From positions 2,976,001-3,040,000 of the forward strand of contig OZ220732.1 of assembly GCA_965116905.1 (NCBI GenBank): DNA of 64,000 bases, given 5' to 3'. This stretch comes from Longimicrobiales bacterium (GTDB lineage Bacteria; Gemmatimonadota; Gemmatimonadetes; Longimicrobiales; Gaopeijiaceae). Shown here in pieces: positions 30,383-40,132 of this stretch. Under the pieces are notes generated by a model. The model ran no database searches and was not told the origin of the DNA. It saw only the letters and a list, made by a program, of their open reading frames with translations. A program made the translations under genes and the position numbers. The first letter of the stretch is position 1, and the number at the start of each line of letters is the position of its first letter.

Positions 30383-32932
30383 ATGTCTGACGGTCCCGCC
30401 GAGCCGCCTGTCGGCCGGGGGAAGCCGGGCCCCGAGCGGCTCGAGGACTACCGGGCCAAGCGTTCGGCGTCGGGAACGAGTGAGCCGTTCGGCGGGGCGA
30501 CCGAGGGGGGCAGCAGCCGTTTCGTGGTGCAGAAGCACCGGGCATCGTCGCTGCACTGGGACCTCCGCCTGGAGATGGACGGCGTACTCGTGTCCTGGGC
30601 GGTGCCCCGGGGACCTTCACCCAATCAGTCCGACAAGCGGCTGGCGGTCCACGTCGAGGACCATCCCCTGGAATACGCCGATTTCGAGGGCGTGATACCG
30701 GAGGGGAACTACGGCGCGGGACCTTCGATCGTGTGGGACAGGGGGGTGTGGACGCCGGTCGAGAATCCGCGAGAGGGAATGAGGAAGGGCAAGCTGCTCT
30801 TCGACCTGAAGGGGTACAAGCTGCGCGGCCGCTGGACCCTGGTGAAGACCAAGGGCGGAGCGGACAATCACTGGCTGCTGATCAAGGAACGCGACGCCTA
30901 CGAGGACCCGGACGGGAGCACCGGAGGCTACGCGGACGATTCCATCCTGTCGGGGCTGACGGTGGACGAACTCGGTGCCGGCGGGGACTTCGGAGCACGC
31001 ATCCGGGAGCGGTGCGCGGACGCTGGAGCCACGGCCGGCAAGGTGGCCGCGGATTCCGTGCGCGTCATGAATGCGGAGGCGCGCGACAGGCCCTTCTCGC
31101 GCCCGGGCTGGGTCTTCGAGATCAAGTACGACGGATACAGGCTGCTCGGCGACAGCGGCGACGGCGAGGCGAAGCTGATCTCACGGAACGGCAACGACCT
31201 CACCCCGGTCTTTCCGGAGGTCGCGCAGGTGCTGGCAAAGCTGCCCTACGCCGCCACGCTGATCGACGGAGAGGTCGTGGTGAACGGGCCCGACGGGATC
31301 CCGAGCTTTCAGCTGATTCAGAAGCGCGGCCGGCTGCAGCGCTCGCGCGACATCGCGGTGGCCTGCGTCACGCTGCCCGCGACGTACTACGCGTTCGACC
31401 TGCTGGCCTTCGAGGGATACGACCTGCGGGGACTGCCACTGCTCGAGCGCAAGGCGATCCTGCGGGAGGTCCTGCCGTCCACCGGTCCGCTGCGCTACTC
31501 GGACCACATCCCCGAGCAGGGCGAAGCGATGTACAACCACGTCGTGGACCTCGGGCTGGAGGGTGTGGTGGCCAAGAGGGCCGACTCGATCTACGTCGGC
31601 GGACGCAGCCGCTCGTGGCTGAAGGTGCGGGCCACGCACACCGCCGACTTCGTCATTCATGGCTTCACCGAGCCGGACGAGGGGAGAACCGGCTTCGGAG
31701 CCCTGCACCTGGCGTGGCGGGAAGAGGATGGCTTCGTCTATGCCGGGCGCGTGGGGACGGGGTTTTCGGCCGAATTGCTTCGGGAACTCGGCGAGGCGCT
31801 GAGGGAGCTTCCGGAGGCGCCTCCGCCAACGGGCGCCGGGGCGGCGGGCAGCGGCAACCACCGCTGGGTCGCTCCCGAACTGGTCGCGGAGGTGCGGTAC
31901 AAGGAAACCACCGACGCGGGCGTGCTGCGGCACCCTTCCTTCCTGCGGCTGCGCGACGACAAGCCGCCCGAGGAGTGCGTCGCCACCGCCGCCGGCCGCC
32001 GGCTCGAGGACCCGGTCCCGCCACCACAGGCGCCGCCGAGCCGGGTCGTACACTTCACAAACCTGGACAAGCCCTTCTGGCCGGAGGACGGTTACGTCAA
32101 GGGGGACCTGATCGAGTACTACCGCGCCGTGTCACCCTGGATCCTGCCCTATCTCGCCGACCGTCCGGTGGTGCTGACGCGCTACCCGGACGGAATCCAC
32201 GGCAAGTCCTTCTTCCAGAAGAACGCCCCCGATTTCGCGCCGGCGTGGATCCGCAGGATCCGCTTGTACAGCGAGGGGTCCGAACGCGACCTGGACTACT
32301 TCGTGGCGGAAGACCTGGAATCGCTCCTCTACGTCGCCAACAGCGCGAGCATCCCGCTCCATATCTGGCTGAGCCGGGTCTCCGACATTTCGCGGCCCGA
32401 CTTCTGCGTGCTCGACCTGGATCCGAAGGATGCGCCCTTCACGGACGTGGTGAAAATCGCCCTCTTCCTGCGGGGCCTCTGCGACGAGATCGCGCTGCCG
32501 GCATTCGTCAAGACCAGCGGGTCGACGGGGCTCCACGTGCTGATCCCGCTCGGGCGGCAGGTGACGTACGAGCAGTCGCGGACCGTCGGCGAGCTGCTGG
32601 CCCTGATGGTGGTGCGTGAGCTGGAAGGGATCGCGACCGTGGCCCGGCTGCCGTCGCAGCGTGAGGGCAAGGTCTATGTGGACTACGTCCAGAACGGCCA
32701 CGGCCGTCTGATCGTGGCCCCGTTCTGCGTGCGGCCGAATCCCGGCGCGCCCGTCTCGACGCCGCTCGACTGGAGCGAGGTGGACGAGGGCCTCGCCATC
32801 GGCGATCACACGATCGCGACGGTCCCTGGACGCATGGCCGCCCGCGACGATCCGATGCGGGATGTGCTGCGCCTCAGACCCGATCTGGGGCACAGTCTGG
32901 AGCGGCTGCAGGCGATGTTCGCGGGTCGGTGA
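30383..32932 (+). CDS. ligD: DNA ligase D (phosphoesterase-ligase-polymerase)
   Basis: FVVQKHRASSLHWDLRLE, EIKYDGYR, EGVVAK, TNLDKPFWP, RYPDG, DLDP, KTSGSTGLH. Confidence 0.95.
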   Translation: MSDGPAEPPVGRGKPGPERLEDYRAKRSASGTSEPFGGATEGGSSRFVVQKHRASSLHWDLRLEMDGVLVSWAVPRGPSPNQSDKRLAVHVEDHPLEYADFEGVIPEGNYGAGPSIVWDRGVWTPVENPREGMRKGKLLFDLKGYKLRGRWTLVKTKGGADNHWLLIKERDAYEDPDGSTGGYADDSILSGLTVDELGAGGDFGARIRERCADAGATAGKVAADSVRVMNAEARDRPFSRPGWVFEIKYDGYRLLGDSGDGEAKLISRNGNDLTPVFPEVAQVLAKLPYAATLIDGEVVVNGPDGIPSFQLIQKRGRLQRSRDIAVACVTLPATYYAFDLLAFEGYDLRGLPLLERKAILREVLPSTGPLRYSDHIPEQGEAMYNHVVDLGLEGVVAKRADSIYVGGRSRSWLKVRATHTADFVIHGFTEPDEGRTGFGALHLAWREEDGFVYAGRVGTGFSAELLRELGEALRELPEAPPPTGAGAAGSGNHRWVAPELVAEVRYKETTDAGVLRHPSFLRLRDDKPPEECVATAAGRRLEDPVPPPQAPPSRVVHFTNLDKPFWPEDGYVKGDLIEYYRAVSPWILPYLADRPVVLTRYPDGIHGKSFFQKNAPDFAPAWIRRIRLYSEGSERDLDYFVAEDLESLLYVANSASIPLHIWLSRVSDISRPDFCVLDLDPKDAPFTDVVKIALFLRGLCDEIALPAFVKTSGSTGLHVLIPLGRQVTYEQSRTVGELLALMVVRELEGIATVARLPSQREGKVYVDYVQNGHGRLIVAPFCVRPNPGAPVSTPLDWSEVDEGLAIGDHTIATVPGRMAARDDPMRDVLRLRPDLGHSLERLQAMFAGR

Positions 32933-32946
32933 GGCGCACCCTGACG

Positions 32947-34971
32947 TTACGTTAGGGGGCCCAGGTTCCTGCGGATCAGCGCGCCGGGGTCCGGATCGCG
33001 TCCCATGAAGTCGCGGAACAGGTCCTCGGGGTCCCGGCGGTCGCCCTGTGCGAGCACGCCCTCCAGGAACGCGCGTCCGGTGCGTTCGTTGAGCACCCCT
33101 TCCCTCTCGAACCTGGAAAACGCGTCCGCTTCAAGGGTTTCGGACCAGATGTAGGAGTAGTACGCCGATGCGTAGCCTCCTCCAAAGAGGTGCGAGAACG
33201 AGGGCAGGATATGGCGCTCCACGAAGCGCTCCGAGGGGACGAAGGGGCGGAGTGTGCGGGCGGCGAAATCCATGACCGGCACGTCGCCCGCGTAGCGGCG
33301 GTGCAGCTCCAGGTCGAGGTTGGCGAACGACAGTTGCCGCATCTGGAGCCAGCCGCCCATGAAGCGCCGGGCCGCGAGGAGGCGTTCCAGAACCTGGTCG
33401 GGCAGCGTTTCGCCGGTCTCGAAATGGCGCGCGAAGAGGTCGAGCGCCTCGCCTTTCCAGCACCAGTTTTCCATGATCTGCGAGGGAACCTCGACCCAGT
33501 CCCACGCGACGTTGATCCCCCCGCGCGCGGCGATCTCGACGCGTGAGGCGGTGTGGTGGAGGAGGTGGCCGAATTCGTGGAAGAGGACCTGCACCTCCCG
33601 GTGGGTCAGCAGCGCCGGCCGCGCGCCGGTGGGTGGGGTGAAGTTGCCGCCGATGAAGGCCAGGTGGGGCTGGAAGGCGCCGTCGGGCCTCGGGCCGCCG
33701 GAGACGAGGTCGTCCATCCAGGCGCCCTGCCGCTTGGTGTCGCGCGGAAACCAGTCGGTGTAGAACGAGCCGACGTGGAGCCCGGTGCCGTCCCGCACCT
33801 CGAAGAGGGAGACGTCGGGGTGCCACACCGCCGAATTGTCCACGCGTGCTATGGTGAGCCCGAAGAGACGCTCGGCGATCTCGAAGAGCCCGGCCTGGAC
33901 TTCGTCGAGGGGGAACCAGGGGCGCAGCTTTTCGTCGTCGATGTCGAAGCGTTCCCTGCGCATCCGCTCCATGAGCCAGGAGACGTCCCAGGGCTCCAGC
34001 GCGCCCAGGCCGCGGTTGCGGGCGTTCGCTTCCAGCTCTTCCGTGTCGCGCTCGTGGAACGGGCGGGTGCCGTCGATGAGCTCGTCCAGGAAGCCGCGGA
34101 CGCGCCCGCCCGAGCCGGCCATGAGGGTCTCGAGGCGATAGTCGGGGAAATCCCCGTAGCCGAGAAGGTCCGCGAGACGGCGTCGCAGCTCGAGGATGCG
34201 GGCTACGAGGGGGCGGTTGTCCCTGTCCCCAGCCGTGCAACGGTCCATGAAGGCGGTGTGGATCTCACGGCGCAGCGCCCGGTCGTCGGCGTGCTGGAGC
34301 ACGGCCTGGACCGCCGGCATGTCCAGGGTGAGGACCCATCCGTCCTCGCCGCGTTCGGCGGCGAGCTGGGCGGCACGCTCCAGCGCGCTGTCGGGCATCC
34401 CGGCCAACCGCTCCCGGCGGGCCACGACCTTGCCGTACGCCGCGGTCTCCTCGAGCAGGTTCTCCTCGAAGCGTCGGCCCAGCTCGGAGAGTTCGATTCG
34501 CAACTCCTCCAGCGACTGCTTGTCGCCGGGGGCCAGCTCCGCCCCGGCGCGTCTGAAGTCCCTGAGCGTCTTCTCCAGGTGGCGGCGGCGCAGTCCGGTG
34601 AGGGTTCCGCCCACGGACGACGCCGCGAAGTCGCACAGGCGCCGGAAGAGCCCCTCGTGGTGGTGCAGGCGGCTCGAGAAGCGCGTCAAGTCGGGCAGCG
34701 AAGCCGCATAGGCCTCGCGAAGCGCGGGCGTGGCGTCGACGTTGTGAAGGTGCGAGACGGGCGCCCAGGTACGGGCCACGTCCTCGGCCAGGCCATCGAG
34801 TTCGCCCATGACGTCGTCCCAGCCTCCTCCCGTGCCCTGTCCCAGGGCCTCGATGCGCTCGCCGGCCCGGGCGAGCACTTCGCCGATGGCCGGCGCGACG
34901 TCGCCGGGCTCGATGCGGTCGAACGGGGTCGGGAACGCCCGGTCGAGGAGCGGATTGCCGTGCGTGCTCAC
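32947..34971 (-). CDS. prlC: M3 family oligopeptidase A
   Basis: NPLL, KRQGAWM, HEFGH, WDWVEVPSQIMENW, FSHLFGGGYASAYYSYIWSE, FMGRDP. Confidence 0.88.
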   Translation of the reverse strand: MSTHGNPLLDRAFPTPFDRIEPGDVAPAIGEVLARAGERIEALGQGTGGGWDDVMGELDGLAEDVARTWAPVSHLHNVDATPALREAYAASLPDLTRFSSRLHHHEGLFRRLCDFAASSVGGTLTGLRRRHLEKTLRDFRRAGAELAPGDKQSLEELRIELSELGRRFEENLLEETAAYGKVVARRERLAGMPDSALERAAQLAAERGEDGWVLTLDMPAVQAVLQHADDRALRREIHTAFMDRCTAGDRDNRPLVARILELRRRLADLLGYGDFPDYRLETLMAGSGGRVRGFLDELIDGTRPFHERDTEELEANARNRGLGALEPWDVSWLMERMRRERFDIDDEKLRPWFPLDEVQAGLFEIAERLFGLTIARVDNSAVWHPDVSLFEVRDGTGLHVGSFYTDWFPRDTKRQGAWMDDLVSGGPRPDGAFQPHLAFIGGNFTPPTGARPALLTHREVQVLFHEFGHLLHHTASRVEIAARGGINVAWDWVEVPSQIMENWCWKGEALDLFARHFETGETLPDQVLERLLAARRFMGGWLQMRQLSFANLDLELHRRYAGDVPVMDFAARTLRPFVPSERFVERHILPSFSHLFGGGYASAYYSYIWSETLEADAFSRFEREGVLNERTGRAFLEGVLAQGDRRDPEDLFRDFMGRDPDPGALIRRNLGPLT

Positions 34972-35034
34972 GGTGTGATCAGCATGTGGCCGTGTGTTGC
35001 GGGGGACAACGGCGCCAACGGTCTTCGCGCGGGT

Positions 35035-35781
35035 TCACCGCGTCGCCGCGCCTGCCACGGCCGCCCGTCCCGCCCAGCGCGCGGTCACGGTGGCGACCTC
35101 GGCGAGGACATCGTCGAGCGTCCGTCCCGAGCGCTTGAGCATTCCGAGCGAGTGGTCGCCGCCCACGAGAACGTGCAGGGTGGCGCGGGGGCCGACCTGC
35201 TCCAGCACGGGACGCAACAGGTCGAGGTCGGCGAGGCGGTCGCGCGTGCCCTGGTGGAAGAGCATGGGGCACGGCACGTCCGCGAGGTGCTCGGCCCGCT
35301 CGGTACCCCGCCGCCCGGGGGCGTGGAGCGGGAACCCGAAGAAGACGAGACCCGAGAGCGCTGGCGTGGGGTCTCCCGAGCCGTCAGCCGCCCGGTCGGC
35401 GACGAGCATGGAGGTCATCCTGCCGCCCATCGACTTGCCCCCGGCGAAGAGCGGCAGCCCTTCGGCGCGCTTGCGCCCGGCCTGCAGAGCCGACGACACC
35501 ACCGCCAGGAGGCGGCGCAGGGGGTCCGGCCGCCTTCGTCCGGCTTCGGTGTACGCGAAGTTGTAGCGCAACGTGGAGACGCCCTCTGCCGACAGCGCCT
35601 GGGCCAGGGCCTCCATGAACGGGTGGGTCATGGGCGCGCCGGCGCCGTGGCCAAGCACCAGAAGCCCCGCCGGATCCGGTGCCTCCACCATCACTCCCGA
35701 GACGGGCGGATGCCCCTCACCCTCGATGGTGAGGCGGTGGCCGGTCCCGCCAACGCCGCCCTTCCCCACCCCCTTCGTCAC
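35035..35781 (-). CDS. Alpha/beta hydrolase (KANL3/Tex30-like)
   Basis: HGAGAPM, GGKSMGGR, GFPLHAPG, QGTRD, GGDHS; the GTG start overlaps the upstream stop. Confidence 0.85.
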   Translation of the reverse strand: MTKGVGKGGVGGTGHRLTIEGEGHPPVSGVMVEAPDPAGLLVLGHGAGAPMTHPFMEALAQALSAEGVSTLRYNFAYTEAGRRRPDPLRRLLAVVSSALQAGRKRAEGLPLFAGGKSMGGRMTSMLVADRAADGSGDPTPALSGLVFFGFPLHAPGRRGTERAEHLADVPCPMLFHQGTRDRLADLDLLRPVLEQVGPRATLHVLVGGDHSLGMLKRSGRTLDDVLAEVATVTARWAGRAAVAGAATR

Positions 35782-37628
35782 CAGGCGATTCCGTAGTCTT
35801 CGCCGTGGTTGCTGGAACCGCCCCACATCGTTCCGGTGGCGGCATCGAAGAAGATCGCGTTGATCGGGCCGGAGGTGCGCGCGGAGAAGGTCAGGTCATA
35901 GCCCATGTCGCTCAGATCGGCGCGGACCCAGGCGGGGACACCGTCGTTGAGGAGGATGCGCCCGGGTTGCGATTCGTGCGCGCCGAAGGAGCTCCGCATC
36001 TGGTAGCTGTTGAAGTTGGCGGCTTCGGCGGCCTGCTGAACGTTCATGCCGAACTCGACGACGTTGAGGAAGAACTGGAGCAGGTTCTGGTCCTGTCCGT
36101 CACCCCCCTGAACCGCGAACGAGAGGTAGGGCTCGCCGTCCTTCAGTGCCAGCGAGGGGGTGAGGGTCGCACGCGGACGCTTGCCCGGCTCGACGACGTT
36201 GTAGGGGCCGGCGCGCTCGTCGAGGACGAAGCTCTGCATGCGCTGGCTCATGCCGATGCCCGTGCGGCCCGCGATGACCGCAGGGATCCAGCCGCCGGAC
36301 GGCGTGATCGACACGACCCAGCCGTCGGCGTCGGCGGCCTGGATGGACGTGGTGCCGGCGTAGAAGGCTTCGTCGAGGTCCATGCCGGAGTCGTCGGGGG
36401 TGGCGACCGGCACGGTGTTCCAGGAGTCGATGAGGTGGAGGAAGGGGTTGGTGCCGTCCTGGAACGGGTAGGGGTCGCCGGGCAGGACCTCGGGGTCGTT
36501 CCTGTCCCAGTCGATCTGGGCGGCGCGCGCGGCGGCGTAGTCCTTGGAGAGCAGACCGTCGATCGGCTCTTCCGGCGGGTAGTAGGGATCGCCGTAGTAG
36601 AAGTCGCGGTCGGCAAACGCCAGGTTCATGGCCTGGTAGAGGGCGTGGATGTAGCGGGTGGAGTTGTAGCCCATATCGGCCACGTCGAGCCCCTCGAGGA
36701 TGTTCAGGGCCTGCAGCAGGACGGGGCCCTGAACCCACGTGGTCAGCTTGTACACGTCGATGCCCTTGTAGGACGTGCTGACGGGCTCTTCCAGGTAGAC
36801 CTGCCAGTCGGCCAGATCGGCGAGCGTGTGGAGCCCGCCCTGCTCCTGCGACCCGCGCACGAACTCCTCGGCGATGTCGCCGCGGTAGAAGCGGTCGTAG
36901 GCGGCCATGATGGCATCCTTGCGGGACGCGCCCGCGGCCAGCGCCTCGGCCTCCGCTTCGACGAGCATTTCGAGGGTGGTGGCGAGATCCTCCTGGACGA
37001 AGAGTTCGCCGGCCTCGGGGGCGGCGCGGTCCTCTCCGTAGTGGGGCAGGAAGACGTCCCTGGAATACGGCCACTCCGCCAGGCGCTCCTTCTGACCCTC
37101 GATGGAGTTCGCCGCCTGGGCCTCAATCGGGTAGCCGCGTGCCATGTCGATGGACGGCGCGAGGACATCGGCCAGACTGAGGCGTCCGTATTCCGCCATC
37201 ATGACCATGAGCCCGCCGGGGGTTCCGGGGGTGACGGCGGCGAGGGGGCCGTAGGCGGGGGGAATCTCCATGCCCTGTTCACGGAAGTACTCGGGTGTGG
37301 CCCCGGTGGGGGCGGCGCCGAGTGCGTTGATCCCGATGACCTTGCCGGTCCCGGGATTGTAGATGAGCGCCTGGGTCTCGCCGCCCCAGCCGAGAACGTC
37401 CCACATGGTGGCCGTTGCGCCCAGCATGGCCGCTGCCGCGTCCACGGCGTTGCCGCCCTTCAGGAACATCATGGCGCCGGCGGTGGCCCCCAGGGGCTTG
37501 CCGGTAATGGCCATCCAGTCCTTTCCATGAAGGACCGGCTTCTGGGTCCGCTGGGCTTCCGCGCCCGTGGCGGCCAGGAGGCCCACGGCGGCGACGAGAG
37601 CGTGTCTGGAGCGCATGCGAGGCGACAT
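35778..37628 (-). CDS. Gamma-glutamyltransferase-family Ntn hydrolase (divergent), secreted
   Basis: GGNAVDAA, TPGTPGG, FYRGDIA, LAFADRDFYYGDP, nucleophile GTTS; AGGAG SD; signal peptide. Confidence 0.88.
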   Translation of the reverse strand: MSPRMRSRHALVAAVGLLAATGAEAQRTQKPVLHGKDWMAITGKPLGATAGAMMFLKGGNAVDAAAAMLGATATMWDVLGWGGETQALIYNPGTGKVIGINALGAAPTGATPEYFREQGMEIPPAYGPLAAVTPGTPGGLMVMMAEYGRLSLADVLAPSIDMARGYPIEAQAANSIEGQKERLAEWPYSRDVFLPHYGEDRAAPEAGELFVQEDLATTLEMLVEAEAEALAAGASRKDAIMAAYDRFYRGDIAEEFVRGSQEQGGLHTLADLADWQVYLEEPVSTSYKGIDVYKLTTWVQGPVLLQALNILEGLDVADMGYNSTRYIHALYQAMNLAFADRDFYYGDPYYPPEEPIDGLLSKDYAAARAAQIDWDRNDPEVLPGDPYPFQDGTNPFLHLIDSWNTVPVATPDDSGMDLDEAFYAGTTSIQAADADGWVVSITPSGGWIPAVIAGRTGIGMSQRMQSFVLDERAGPYNVVEPGKRPRATLTPSLALKDGEPYLSFAVQGGDGQDQNLLQFFLNVVEFGMNVQQAAEAANFNSYQMRSSFGAHESQPGRILLNDGVPAWVRADLSDMGYDLTFSARTSGPINAIFFDAATGTMWGGSSNHGEDYGIAW

Positions 37629-37791
37629 CGTCCAACTCCTGCGTAGGGGTCTCGGGGGAAATGCAAGGCTACCAGCGCGAACCCGCGTGCGCCAGTACAC
37701 GGTTGACGGAGAACGGCCGGGAGGAGAGGCTTGAAACGGATGACGCGCGGGACGGGCCCGCGCCGAGCGTCCAGTGGGGAAGAGGGGCCGC

Positions 37792-40104
37792 ATGGATTTC
37801 ATCCGAACCGTGATCGCGAGGGACCTCAAGACCGGCAAATACGGCGGCCGCGTCGTCACGCGATTCCCACCCGAGCCCAACGGTTTCCTGCACATCGGGC
37901 ACGCGAAGGCGATCTGCCTGAATTTCGGTATCGCGGCCGAACACCCGGGCGGCCGCTGCCACCTCCGCCTCGACGACACGAACCCCGATACCGAGCGCGC
38001 CGAGTACGTCGAAGCCATGAAGCGGGACATCCGCTGGCTCGGCTTCGATTGGGGAGAACACCTCTACCACGCGTCGGACTATTTCGGGCAACTCTACCGG
38101 TACGCCCTGGTCCTGATCGACAAGGGGCTCGCATACGTCGACTCGTCATCCGAAGCGGAGATCCGCGAGCGGCGCGGCTCCGTCACCCGGCCCGGGGTCG
38201 ACAGTCCGTACCGGGAACGCTCGCGCGAGGAGAACCGCGACCTCTTCGAGCGCATGCGGGCCGGCGAGTTCCCCGACGGCGGCCACGTCCTCCGGGCGAG
38301 GATCGACATGGCGCATGCGAACATGGTGATGCGCGATCCCCTCCTCTACCGGATACGCCACGCAAGCCACTATCGGCAGGGAGACCGCTGGCCCATCTAC
38401 CCGATGTACGACTTCGCCCACTGCCTGTCCGACTCCGTCGAGCGGGTCACCCACTCGCTGTGCACACTGGAGTTCGAGAACAACCGCGAAATCTACGACT
38501 GGCTCCTGGAACATGTGGACGCCCCGCGCCCGCGTCCCGAGCAGACCGAATTCGCGCCGCTGGTGCTGGACTACGTAATCACCAGCAAACGGCTGCTGAG
38601 AAGGCTTGTGGAGGCGGGCAAGGTGCGGGGATGGGACGATCCGCGCATGCCCACGCTGGCCGGCCTGAGGCGGCGGGGCGTGACCCCGGACGCCATCCGG
38701 ACGCTGTGCGACATGGTGGGAGTGGCACGCGCGCACTCGCGCGTCGGGATGGACAAGCTCGAATTCGCCGTGCGGGACGATCTGAACCACAAGGCGCCCC
38801 GGGCCTTTTGTGTCCTGGATCCGCTCAAGGTGGTGCTGACCAACTACCCGCCGGAGCGCGAGGAGATCTTCACCGCGCCCCTCCTGCCGGGCGACGCAGA
38901 CAGGCCCGGAACCCGCGATCTTCCGTTCGGCCGGGTGCTCCATATCGATCGCGCGGATTTCCGGGAGGACCCGCCACCCGGGTTCCACCGGCTCACCCCG
39001 GGGGGCACGGTTCGCCTCAAGTATGCTTGCGTGATCCGGTGCGACCGGGTGATCAAGGACGATGCAGGCACGGTGATCGAGCTGCGCTGCAGCGTCCTGG
39101 ACCGCGATGCGCCGGGTGGCGAGAAGGCCCTGGGGCCGCGCGTCCGCGGCACGATTCACTGGGTCCGGGCGGATAGCGCGGTGCCGGTGGAGGTGCGCCT
39201 TCTGGACCGGATGTTCACGGTGGAGGAGCCCTCCACGGATGACATCGTCGCAGCCATGAATCCGGACTCAGAGCGGGTCATCGCGAAGGCGCTCGCCGAA
39301 CCGGGCGTTGCGGGAACCCCGCCCGGCACGCACTACCAGTTCGAACGCCACGGATACTTCTTCTCGGACCCTGTCGATTCGAGCGAGGGACGCCTCGTGT
39401 TCAACCGCACCGTCACGCTGCGGGACAGCTGGGCGGACCGGGTTCGGCCGACCGGATCGGGCTCGCCCCGGCACAGCGCCGCGGCACCCGGACGCAACGG
39501 GACGGACCGTGCCGCCTCGGCTGCTCCCCGGGTCTCGCCGATGGACTCGCTGCGGTCCCCGGGACAGCGGCTGAACTTCCGCGAGGTCTTGGCTCTCGGC
39601 GTATCCGAGGCCGCCGCGGCGAGCCTCGTGCGCTCCTCCTCCGCGCTGAAGCTGTTCCACGCCGCGCAGGTCGACTACCCGGAGGGAGCCGGCTCGATCG
39701 CGGACTGGCTGGTCAACGATGTTTCCAGGGTCCTGGCGGCCACCGAAGGGGCCGACCTGGAGCGATTGGAGGCGGCGGCTCTGTCCCGCCTGGCTCGCGC
39801 CGTCGACGATGGGGACATCTCACATCGTCAGGGGCGCCGGATCGTGGAGGCCCTGGTGAAGCGGGGGATTTCCTTCGACGAGGCGCGGACCAGCCTCGAC
39901 CTCACGGAGATCGACGACGAAGCGATGCTGTCGGCGATGCTCCGACAGGTGGCGGACGAGTACCCGGAGAAGGTGGCTGCGTACCAGCGGGGCCAGCACG
40001 GCCTCCTGGGCTTCTTCGTCGGCCAGGTCATGCGGCGCAGCGAAGGAAAGGCCGATCCCCGCAAGGCCAACGAGCTGGCCAGAGCCATGTTCGGACAGAC
40101 GTGA
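37792..40104 (+). CDS. glnS: Glutamine-tRNA ligase with C-terminal GatB/YqeY domain
   Basis: TRFPPEPNGFLHIGH, DDTNP, YPMYDFAH, THSLCTLEF, WDDPRMPT, QFERHGYF; C-terminal LLGFFVGQVMRRSEGKADP. Confidence 0.95.
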   Translation: MDFIRTVIARDLKTGKYGGRVVTRFPPEPNGFLHIGHAKAICLNFGIAAEHPGGRCHLRLDDTNPDTERAEYVEAMKRDIRWLGFDWGEHLYHASDYFGQLYRYALVLIDKGLAYVDSSSEAEIRERRGSVTRPGVDSPYRERSREENRDLFERMRAGEFPDGGHVLRARIDMAHANMVMRDPLLYRIRHASHYRQGDRWPIYPMYDFAHCLSDSVERVTHSLCTLEFENNREIYDWLLEHVDAPRPRPEQTEFAPLVLDYVITSKRLLRRLVEAGKVRGWDDPRMPTLAGLRRRGVTPDAIRTLCDMVGVARAHSRVGMDKLEFAVRDDLNHKAPRAFCVLDPLKVVLTNYPPEREEIFTAPLLPGDADRPGTRDLPFGRVLHIDRADFREDPPPGFHRLTPGGTVRLKYACVIRCDRVIKDDAGTVIELRCSVLDRDAPGGEKALGPRVRGTIHWVRADSAVPVEVRLLDRMFTVEEPSTDDIVAAMNPDSERVIAKALAEPGVAGTPPGTHYQFERHGYFFSDPVDSSEGRLVFNRTVTLRDSWADRVRPTGSGSPRHSAAAPGRNGTDRAASAAPRVSPMDSLRSPGQRLNFREVLALGVSEAAAASLVRSSSALKLFHAAQVDYPEGAGSIADWLVNDVSRVLAATEGADLERLEAAALSRLARAVDDGDISHRQGRRIVEALVKRGISFDEARTSLDLTEIDDEAMLSAMLRQVADEYPEKVAAYQRGQHGLLGFFVGQVMRRSEGKADPRKANELARAMFGQT

Positions 40105-40132
40105 ACCGGTATCCGAATCCGGAGTCTCGCGC

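Noticed and set aside
29520..30620. 366-aa Ku with a long N-terminal extension
   Set aside because: The extension overlaps ligD; Ku similarity begins at ATG 30344, which has its own promoter motif.
35778..38030. 750-aa GGT-family ORF
   Set aside because: The upstream part is antisense to glnS; the SD and signal peptide support a start at 37628.
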